A DNA stretch of 64,000 nucleotides from Yuukianura sp. NJ FZ-2021 (taxonomy: Eukaryota), in contig CM102288.1 of the NCBI GenBank assembly GCA_046563655.1, forward strand, positions 4,836,001-4,900,000, read 5' to 3'. Below the pieces are notes generated by a model that saw only the letters and a program-made list of their open reading frames with translations, was not told the DNA's origin and did not search any database. Made by a program: the position numbers and the translations under genes. Positions 10,935 through 21,045 of this stretch are shown piece after piece; position 1 is the stretch's first letter; each line of letters opens with the position of its first letter.

Positions 10935-12977
10935 ATGTTCATTTTGTTGGGAATTTTGGTCTACTTGACCTCTGCTGTGCTCGCTGCTCCTCCGAGTCCT
11001 CAAAGGCCACCGGCACCCCCGATTCCACATCAGCAACGGACAGCGGCCGGAGATTACTCTGTCACGTGAGACAAATCGAAAAGATTAAAAATCGAAGCAA
11101 TTATACAACCAAAGTTGCCTAAAAATATTGAATTTCAACTTTTTTTTGAAAACTAAAATTTTATACTTTGGTTATTAAATGGTTTTAGGCATCTGGATAT
11201 TCGAGATGCTGTTTTGTCGCTAGTACGCGTACTGCAGGATCAAATGGACAAACTAGAGCGTCACGAAGGCAGAGAGCGACAATTGGGTGAACAGTTGACA
11301 CGATCACTGGCGACATTGGAGAAAAGGACGCGCGGAGAGGAGAAAAATATTGAGAACATTGGCACTTTCCTGGGACGACTCGAAGAGAAAGTCAAGTACA
11401 TCCAGACTACAGTGGACAAGGCAAGAAAATTCAACTTTATTTTCAAAATTCCTGTTTTCAAAAAATTTCGAGAACTGCTTTTAAATTGTTCTGAATTTCA
11501 GCAATCCGATGAACGAAGAGTGGAACATGAAGTGACCGGACTTGAATTCAAATCTCTGCAACAAATTCTTAGCGATAGACGCCAAGATTCGCAAAACTTT
11601 GACAGGAAAATGGACGACTTGACCTCCAAGGTCAGCTTTTTAAAAACTCAAAAAGTGACATTTAAAAAAAGTTTCTCTTGTGATTTGACGCTTTTTTCCT
11701 CATTTCATTCTCGTAGGTTGTTTCACTCGGAGAAGCCAACGATCGTATCAGTGCCAAGTTCGATACGTTGATGGACCTCTGGCGAACTGCAACTTCTGCC
11801 AACAGTGCATCCGACATGAGTGAAAACGTCATGGCAGAGTTGGCAGAAATCAAGGAAGCTCTTGCCAAAACCACTGAACTTGAAAATCAACTTGTGGCTT
11901 CCAAGTTGGCAGGTCCAGGTCACTCTGAATGGCAAGCAGAGATCATTGAATCGATGGATTCTCAGAAGAGGCAATTGGCTCTCCTGGAAGAAGAAATCTC
12001 CAAGGCACTCAGAATCCTTGGAGATCTGACCAGTTCTGCCTCTGGACTGCAGGATGTCATTGGATCCTTGGAGGTCAATGTCACCCAAGGACTAGAATCA
12101 ATTGGAAAACAAGTTGGCCTTGTAAGGGAAGGTCAAGAGACGCAAGAATGGAACAGTAATTCAAGTGCTGCTGTTCTGGAGGAGAAACTGGCCAAGGTAG
12201 AGGAGATTCTGCGCAATGGACAGAAGGATCTGGAGGAGAAAGTGAAGGGGGCAGAGGGCGCTGTTGAGGTGTTGCAGGACAAAATGGAGATGGGATATGG
12301 TGCCTTGACACAGGAGCTTAAGGGCCTTTCTAATGTAGAAAGTGTTCTACTGGACACTGGTGACAGTGTCATGGAGACGAAGCGTCGTCTGGAGTATGGA
12401 GTCCAGCAGATCATGGGTGAACTGAACATGCAGCTCAAGGAACACACGTCCAGCCTCAACAGTTCGCTCCAGCAGAGGTCAACTTTTAAATTAATTAATA
12501 AATTAACATAAATTAAATTATTTAATTACTTTTAGATTTGATGGTTTGGCGACCGCTGTTCTGGGAAACCAGAGTCGAGCCATTACCAACTTGACCTCTC
12601 GCATGGAGAAGGACATCACTGAAGTCTGGAGACAAATTGGGACACTTTACCAGGAAATGTCCCGAAGTGCGACTATTCTGGACACAATCCACTCCCAGAC
12701 GTCCAAATATGTCAACAACAGTCTGGACACGATGAGTTCCATGGATGGGAAGGTGGGTCAGATCACGAACAGAATGGGGGAAGTGGACGACAACCTGAAC
12801 TACTTGCTAGGACGCATGTCACTTGTGGTCCAGGAGTTCAATATGATCAAGAGTGGACTAGGAGAGGCCCTTGTGTCACTCAAGGACTCCTTCAATGACC
12901 TCCAGGACATTGACAAAGTCCAAATCCCAAAGAAAGATGAGCCTGATGAAAGTCCACCCATCTCCAACGCCATTTGA
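10935..12977 (+). CDS. Secreted long coiled-coil protein, function unknown (5 exons)
   Basis: Signal peptide MFILLGILVYLTSAVLA and TATAAA at ~10854. Exon 2 HLDIRDAVLSLVRVLQDQMDKLERHEGRERQLGEQL. Long heptad-rich exons at 11718-12477 and 12536-12977. Confidence 0.8.
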
Positions 12978-13578
12978 ATTTCAAACAGTTCTATGAGACT
13001 CCCAAGTGTAATTAAAATCTTCTTAATTTACTCAGTAATTAACGTAATTCAACTGATGGTTCAAGTTAATTCAAGCTAGTAATGCAAGTAATTCAAGGTA
13101 GTAACTCCACCACTTTTTCACAATAAGCTTCAATGTAAATTTTTCACTCCAATCTTTGAAATTTATGAATTTGAGATAAGTTTCTACTGGACTCAGCTTC
13201 TACTTTAAAAAGTTTAACTTTAGCTTGAACAAAATGACATTAGTTTTAATATGAAATAGCATAAAGTAAATTGGAACTAAAAATTAATCACGAAATACTC
13301 AGAGCTTGATTTGATTTGGTGATCTGACTTTTACTGTATGATGAATTTGTAAATTTTTATTGCAAGTTTTTAGATGGACACAATCAGAGTACAAACTAAC
13401 CAAAGTCTATTCGAAATGAGTTTGAATGTAACTGAGAATGTTGACCAGACGACATCCATGACCTCTGAACCTTCAGATGAGACAACAACAATGGCACTGC
13501 ACTCGGATCTTGACACTTCAGTCTGAAACAAAATCAAAAGGTCATTGACACCAGGTCAACCAAGGCATTGACATTGAA

Positions 13579-13591
13579 AGGTCATTGACCT
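13579..13591. promoter_or_regulatory. Perfect IR1 nuclear-receptor palindrome AGGTCATTGACCT
   Basis: Exact sequence at 13579-13591. A near-copy AGGTCATTGACAC lies at 13539-13551 and a half-site at 13553-13558. Function not shown. Confidence 0.5.
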
Positions 13592-13596
13592 CACCT

Positions 13597-13955
13597 CTAG
13601 ACACAGCAGCCTCCGCCACACTGTCCGTAGACCTGGCACATCCAGACGTTCCGCTCGCAGAACCAGCGTCGTTGGTAGTCATAGCCCAGCAGTTTCCCTG
13701 TAAGAAACAAACGGAAGTTAGAATTTGAAGTTTTTTTTAAAGCTTTTTCAAAGTTTTTGTCTTACCCATCTTGACTTCTTCTGAACACCGTTCGTAGGAA
13801 GGGCAGAATGGTTTGAAGCTGAAGGGCCTGCGAGTGTTGCAGCAGAGTTTCTGGAAGCAGGGGTCACAGGTCAAGCAGGAGACGTTGCAGTTCATGGGAC
13901 AGCAACCGGAACCGGATCCAGATGAGCTTCCGCCACCACAGCCTCCGCCGCACAT
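13597..13955 (-). CDS. Small Cys/Gly-rich orphan protein, 96 aa, 17 Cys, no signal peptide (2 exons)
   Basis: Exons 13955-13766 and 13697-13597 with a GTAAG...TTACAG intron give MCGGGCGGGSSSGSGSGCCPMNCNVSCLTCDPCFQKLCC...GKLLGYDYQRRWFCERNVWMCQVYGQCGGGCCV. GC-rich codon usage; TATAAAAG upstream at ~14072-14079. Confidence 0.8.
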
Positions 13956-14071
13956 CTTGTCTTGTTCAAGGGAGTAAACCCAAATTTAGAATTTAGAAAA
14001 GGAATTTAGGGGAGCGACTGAGCTCGGCGAAGACCAAATGAAGACTGAGAGGTCACCGGAAGTTTCGCTCT

Positions 14072-14102
14072 CTTTTATAACTTCTGGGAAGGTCAATGAC
14101 CT
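14072..14102 (-). promoter_or_regulatory. TATA box with adjacent perfect IR1 palindrome AGGTCAATGACCT
   Basis: The minus strand reads TTATAAAAG at 14080-14072. The IR1 at 14090-14102 is ~10 bp upstream of it. Confidence 0.6.
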
Positions 14103-14448
14103 CCCACAACCACGAAATTCAAAATTCAAAAAATAACAAACATTCACGTGTAACTACCATTGACATGGCAACCAGAAAAATTACGATTTTTTTCACATTT
14201 TGGATAAAATTCCTCAACTTCCTTGTCCCCGCGGCGGAATTGTTTCACATTTAGAATTTAATTAACTAATTAAATTAATAGCGCAAATTAATTAAATTGT
14301 AACTACTGTGCCCTGTAGTGACTTAGACGGATAGTCAATGTAATTTGAAAGTTTGTTAAATTGTGACCTCCAGGTCCAGATTGCTGCGATTTCTTTTCGA
14401 TTTTTCACAATCGATTGCATTGATCCTGAGTTTAACAAAATTGAATTT

Positions 14449-17400
14449 TTAGAGTTCATCGTCCAGTTTCTTTTTCTCGGGAACTTTCTTCTGGTTTTCT
14501 CCTTTCTTCACTTTTGATTGATGTTTTTTTACGAAGGCCTGGACAGAGCATTGAAAAATGATATTTTTGACAAATCGATTTGCACGCATCGCTACGGTTT
14601 TGTGCTGTAGAGTGAATTTCATGGGAAATTCAGCTTAAAGCGAAATTGAACTTACCCTGAAATGGTCGTACGATCTGTCTCCGTCATACAGAATTGGTTC
14701 ATGCTTTTCGTCTTGCTTCAGAAAGAAAATGGTGGGGTAACCTTTGACCTCGAGTCCAGGCGGAACGTCATTTGCAGTTCCATCCATTTTGGCAAAGAGC
14801 AATCGATCCGATGATAGCTTCTTTGCTACTTTGCGGAAAGTCTTCTCGAATTCCTTGCAGTGGCCACACCTTCAAGGAATAAAAATGGAAATTGTTAGAC
14901 CATTTTTCAAAAACACTCAGCTAGAAAAAAATTATTTTCTAAATTCTTTCTAGTTTGTAGAGAAAGTTTACCAGGGAGCGTAAATGTAGAAAACAGCATC
15001 TTGATTTTTGTTTTTGAAAACCAAATCTTCATACGAATCGGCCACTATCACAGATACAGGCCCCTTTTGCTTATGTGGAATCGGTTGTGATTTCCAAACA
15101 GGCTTCAATTTATCTAAGAAATTAAAAATAAAGAAAAATTAAAATTTTCAGCATTTTTTTTTTGGAGTTTTTTTTAAAGGAAAGTCTCAGAAAAAAGTGC
15201 CACGAGAGAAAGCATTGAAAGTGAAAGTAGTTTCTCACTATTTTGCACTTGGTGGACAAAGGTTCTGAGATCGCTTCCATCAAAGTCATCAACAGGCTCC
15301 ATTGTGTATTTGATCCTGTTCTTGTCATACCAAACCACGTTCACATCTACACCACTTTCACCAAGCTTAACTCCTTCAAGTTCTGCTGCAAATTCTTCTT
15401 CATTCGCCACAGCAAACCTGGGTCAAAAATCCATAAAAAATTATCCTCCAAAATGACAAATGACAAACGATTTCAGTTGGCACTTGCGTGATTTTGGGAA
15501 AGTCCTTGGCCACTTCCACCACTTTGGCTCGGATTAGCTCACTGGCTTTCTGGAACTGATGCTCGAAGTTGGCATCGTAGTAGACCACTACGATTGGTCG
15601 AACAGAGTAGAACAGAACTTGGTTCTGCTTTGTACGTTGACCTACCAGAGGTCGATAATTTACACGAATGAACTCTGCAATGGCGTCTCCGTCTTTGGAA
15701 CTCTGCGAGAAAAAAAAACGCAAATCGAAAAATTATGACAACAAAATCTTTTCAAAACTTTTATAAATCTTATTTTTTATTTTATTTATAAAATTAATTT
15801 TTTTTATTAATCTGCTACGTTTCTTACGTCTGTCAATTTCGCTTCCTTTTGTTCATATTCAGAAGTGAATGCCGTTGGTTTTTTGACGATAACTGCTTCT
15901 CCTTCTACTCCAAGTTCTTTTGTCGCAGCATTACTGAAAGTATGAACAAAACGAAGCGGTTCTCCGCGGAGATAGTTGGCCACGACAAAGAATTCCCTGA
16001 AAAACGGAGATTCGGCAGATGAGAAAACGCCGATGACGGTGGGCAAGTATCTGTCAATTCTGTTGTCCACTTCCTGGAATGTGGCACAGTGGTAGGTGGG
16101 ACTCATCAGTTGCTCTTTCATGGCCACCACGATTCCCTTGGCATCTCTTCCCCCCTTGTACTCAAAGGCCCTTCCATTCCGGAAGATGAACAGGGTGGGC
16201 CACCCTTTGACCTTGAAATCATCTGCAGTTTCTTTGTTCTTCACACCGTCAATCTGGACCAACGGAACGTCATACTCAAACAGCGTCTTGGCTGCACTGA
16301 TGTAATCGGGCTTCATCTAAAAAACATATCACATTAATAAGTGTGGCGATTCCATATTTCAAATATAGATTCTATATATTATCTATTATATAGAATCTAT
16401 TATGTTCTATATTTCGCTCTATATTTCGGTTTGTAGTAATTACTCTCTAATGAGTGAAACTAAAAACTGCAAAACTCCAAAAAAAAGAAAAAATCGTAAA
16501 CTGAGTTGAAAAATTTTTTAGATGACATTTAACCTTGAGACAATGCTGACAGTACTCGGCATAAAACAGGACGAGTGCCAGTGGCTTCTTGTTCAGAAAC
16601 TTTTTGAAGTTTTTGTCCGTGAGTTCGATGACCTTTGTCGGAGGTGGTTTCCAGTTGGGGTCAGTTCTAGATTCCATGTAAGTAATCACAGCTAGAATCA
16701 AAACAATTTGTCAAAAAACTTTGCTAAAAAGTTAAAGTTTAAAAAAATACTAATGTTTGCTTACCGTCTGCCGTTCTGTCTCCATTGTACTCCTCAGCCT
16801 TGACCCCGTGTTCAAACAGATAAATGGTGGGGAAAGATTCAATAGCAAATTCTTTTGCGAGAGCCTCTTCCTTCGACACGTCAACTTTACCCAGCGTCAA
16901 GTTGTTCGTTTCCAGTAAAATTTTTCCAGCCACTGAATACTCTGGTGCAAATTCTTTGCAGTGAGTACACCTATTTAAAAAAAATGAAAATGAAACAAAT
17001 TGCAATTATTCCCAATTTCGAAAAAAAAATAGGAAGCCATAGACCTAACTTATGTTAACTTATGTTAGTTAAACTGTTACGGTGGCGTCAGGTTCAGCTT
17101 TCAAACAATCATGAGGTACTTACTTTCACTCAACTTTCAAAAAAAAAAAATTGTGTTGCGTATCAACTCCGTTCAAAGAAAAATTATTTTATATGCAAGG
17201 AAAATTCAGAGCGAGAGAAGTTGAAAATTTCTGACGTGAAAGTTCGGCATTTTAAACTTCAAAGACTGCATGCTTCATTTTTAGCGAAACAATAAATGTT
17301 TGTGAAGTACGAAGAGTGAATTAAGTTAATAATATTAGGAGATTACAAAATAGTAATAAAAATTATAAAATTATAATAAGAGTTATAATATTCTAGTAAC

Positions 17401-17730
17401 AATCGGCATACCACGGAGCATAGAATTCCACGAGGACGAAACGACGCGTGTTGACGACATGTTTGAAGTTGTGAGAAGTCATCACCAAAACGTCCTCATC
17501 CATGACCAAGTCATAGTTCCCTTCAACATCCACGGCTTCAGCAACATCTAGAATCAAAAACAATCAAAGTAAAAAGTCAATTTCTAGAATTCCAATTTTC
17601 GCAATGTTTTCTTACCTCCGTCGTTGTAGATTTGCTTCTCGTCGTCACTTGGATCTGATTCCTGTCCTTCACAGAAAGAACTGAGAAGCAACAGAATTGT
17701 CAGAAAGACGCTGTTTTTTGTCACAAGCAT
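14449..17730 (-). CDS. PDIA4: Protein disulfide-isomerase A4 (ERp72)-type, three active thioredoxin domains, multi-exon
   Basis: Signal peptide MLVTKNSVFLTILLLLSSFCEG, then an acidic N-terminus. Active sites FYAPWCTHC, FYAEYCQHC and IYAPWCGHC; cis-Pro loops FPTI, WPTL, YPTI. C-terminal ER-retention ...KLDDEL*. One GC-AG intron (15418-15487). Confidence 0.85.
16985..17395 (-). repeat. ~400-bp repeat filling a PDI intron; homologous to 18851-19229
   Basis: Collinear blocks shared with the 18851-19229 copy, e.g. AAATAATTTTT-TTTGAACGGAGTTGATAC-CAACACA, GCTAAAAATG, TAACTAACAT-AGTTAA. Confidence 0.8.
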
Positions 17731-18850
17731 TTTGAACTTTCCAGAGAGCTCTAGAACAATCGGAAATTGTATTTGACTAGTAGAGACTGAAATGAACTAA
17801 ACACTAAAACACTGTGACTGACATTATTGCGTGTCTCTTGATTCGTAGAAAGACTTGTGAATAATTTACATGGCTCTTCCACAAGAAAAGAACCGCCGAG
17901 CCTTCGTTTTAGTCTTGTCTTCAGCAATCCTTGTAGGGGTGGAATTGTTTTCCCCTGTGGAGGGTTGAATGCCCGGATTGACGTGATCTTCACAAAGTAC
18001 ATTTGGATACAACGAACAACTATGCATGTAGTACCAGCATTTTGAATCCACTGTTTGCAGTTGAAAACTGCCTGGAGGCAGGCACTTTTCACCCCACTCG
18101 ACCTCAAAGTATCAACATCGCCAGAAAAGTCAGGATCTGCAATTTCAAAACACAAAATCATGACAGTATGGATCCAAACATTGAATTGAGCAATTGAAAA
18201 CTTAAGCACAAAAACATTTTTTTCAATATCTGAACAACAACAAAACACAAAATGCTGCTTTAGTGAAGTGAGTGACCTCTTCGGGAAGTGAGTGTCAAAA
18301 CATCCCCTGCTTTCACTCTGACTTTCACTTCCGTCGGAGGGATCTCTCCAGCATTTCCTCAGTGTAAAAACGCTGGAAATGGAAATTGGACATCATTTAG
18401 TGATTAAATTTACATTGGGCTGAACTTGTGTGACTTGAGTGTCCCATGGCCATGGCCACAGAGTGATCTGTGGAGTATTGTTCTTATCTGGCACTTGACA
18501 CCTTGGTGGTTTAGAGATGCCCCCAGCCATAAGAAACGCAATCGCACTCTTGTTCCTGCCTCCCTTCAGTTCCCCTTCGCCCTTCTCTCCGATCGGAACT
18601 AACGCTACCCTCCGAACATCACCAACTTCAGAGGAAGTAGTCGAACGGACACGGTGCAATCAACAGTCACAGTCCATCTTCACTCACCTTCACCCCACAG
18701 TAACAATTAATCTAAATTAAACTCAATTAACTTATCATCAGCTAAACCCAACCACATCACTCTTCCTCCTCAGTTCAGTTTCAGTTAAGTTCGTTTTCAA
18801 CTGGAATCTAAATATTCCGGTCTCACAAAATTTCAACGCAAGGTAAGTGT

Positions 18851-19229
18851 CTATGAATTTTATAATTCCTATAACCACAATTTATAAGTATTATCATTTT
18901 ATAATTTATAATTTTTATAACTATTTTGCACATACGTCACATACAGTAATTATTTTGCTAAAAATGGAGTAATGCAGTTTTTGATGTTTTTGATTTCAAA
19001 CTTTGACATCAATTTCAAACTATTAATCTTATTTTCTCGTCGAGAATTTTGTCAGTGTATGAAATAATTTTTATTTGAACGGAGTTGATACACAACACAC
19101 TTTTTTTAGCGAAGTTGAGTCAAATCTAGTCCGTCTAGATTTTTACAAACGTGACACAACGTTAACAGGCTAACTAACATTAGTTAAGACTGGGTCAAAT
19201 TTTGGAAAGTGGCAATGTTTGCAAACTGT
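18851..19229 (+). repeat. ~380-bp repeat immediately inside the first (5'UTR) intron of the PTP gene; inverted homolog of 16985-17395
   Basis: See partner copy. Begins just after the AG|GTAAGT donor at 18843 and ends just before TTATTTTAG (19243). Confidence 0.8.
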
Positions 19230-19664
19230 AATAATTATTTTAGCGTTGCTGGATTTAAGTGGGTCAAATTACACTTGAAATTTGCTGGATGATGTCCATC
19301 AACCTACTCAATTTTTCTCATGGTCTTTTTCGTGCTAAAAATAACAAGAAAGCAGATGCTGGGATTTCTTTTTCCAATGGAACGTGCTCTCACAGATCCT
19401 AAGTCAACAAATCTCCACGAGCGTCATCACCTTGTCTCATGACTCCATTTTGGCAAATCAAATTCCATTAATTTCTTCAAAAGTAGCAAAAACAAAGGCT
19501 GGTCTTCACACCTTTGGCCTCTATACTTCCGCCCAACCTCAGTTCTGCTCAGGCTAAGGAACAATGCAGGATTTGTGCACTGAAAGAATTATTTGCATTG
19601 GAAACAATTTCGCACTCGAAGTTTTCTGAATGCTGTGCCCTTAAATGAAATTCTCTGACCATTC

Positions 19665-19830
19665 TGCACGGACATTTTCGGACCGCAGAACTCTTTGGAC
19701 GGTCACTTATGCGCAAGAGCATTCTTATGGATGGTCACTTGTCGACATTACAATATCCGCAGGTGACCGTCCATAAGTGACCGTCCATAAAGTGGCCGTC
19801 CAAAACGTATCGTCCATAAGTTACCGTGCA
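19665..19830. mobile_element. Small foldback/MITE-like element built from a ~14-bp unit
   Basis: The left arm has TGCACGG...TTTGGACGGTCACTTATG...TTATGGATGGTCACTT. The right arm has tandem GTGACCGTCCATAA units ending CCGTGCA, i.e. reverse complements. No TSD identified. Confidence 0.6.
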
Positions 19831-21045
19831 TTGGTGTCTGGTTACGCTTAAAATGCGAGGGCGTTTCTTGTTGCCTCCATCTGCATCTCAACCGCTCCAT
19901 TGTTTCCCACATCCCACTTAAATGCGGCGAAATGGGAAAAGTGTCAAGGGAGGTTGAGAGGCCTTTTGATTAGCATTCAGCACAACATTCTCCGCAATTA
20001 ATCCCACCTCCAACAACAATCCGTTACGCCAATCTCGAAATCTGCACATCTCTGCTCATCCTCTTGTCAGGACTCGCAATTTATAGCACTTAACTTCCAA
20101 TAAATTAAGAGTGGACCAAATTGTTCAATTGCTAAATCCTAAATCTGGTCTCCTCAATGAACCCTTTTAGCAAACATCTTCCTTTGAGTCGTGCAAGTCG
20201 TGTCTGGGATAAGAAGAAAGCAGGTTATGATTCATCCTAACACTATAACATCCACATTCTAACGATTTATGACAGTCACAGTTTTTATGACAAGGTAGAC
20301 AAGCCATTTCTGCCTTATAAGCATGCACAAGCACCAAAGGACTCCACGAAATTCACATCCACATTCAAGCGTTACGCAAAAACTTTTAAGTTTTGAGAAT
20401 AATTTTTCCATTTTGCAGATTTTACAGTCCAAGACGCTTCAAAATTCACACGGTTCCAATGCTCCCAAGTACAAAATTGATGAAATAACTTTTCCAATTA
20501 CAATAATTGAACAAAACAACATTAGAAATGCTGTTTCTTTGTTTGGCGTAAATGAAAATTGCTATTCCTCTCAAGAATTGAGGCAACCCACTTGAATCTT
20601 CTAAGCTCCGAACAATTTCTCAGGGTTTTTGTTCATTTCCGGTGGATTTGAGAGCAAACAGGGAGAAGTTAATTCTCTGCCGCTTCTGTTCTCCATTTCT
20701 CATTCATTTCAAGTCTGACTTTAGAAAATTTCTAAATGTTCGTTTCAGATGAGATTCTGGCTTTGGTTGGATTTGGATTTCAAAAGTGTGGGACAAATCC
20801 CGGGACAATCGTTTTGCAAATGAAATGAAGTCCATTTAAGACTAAAAATTGAAGGAACCACCTAACCGCCTATTCACATAACCACCTTGCCACCTAACCA
20901 CCTCGGACTGAATGCAAAGGAACAACGGGATCTTCCTAATGACTTTCATCTTCCCAACACAAACGGAATCCTAAGAACATTCCGATTTCCTAAGAGACTC
21001 ATGGACCCACCACTACAAAGTGCATTCTCAACGAAGTGAGAAAAC

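Noticed and set aside
16365..16400. Perfect 14-bp stem ATAGATTCTATATA/TATATAGAATCTAT in a PDI intron
   Set aside because: Almost all A/T within low-complexity TA sequence; easily generated by slippage.
17751..18248. 165-aa minus-strand ORF upstream of PDI
   Set aside because: No domain signal; lies in the leader/promoter region of PDI.
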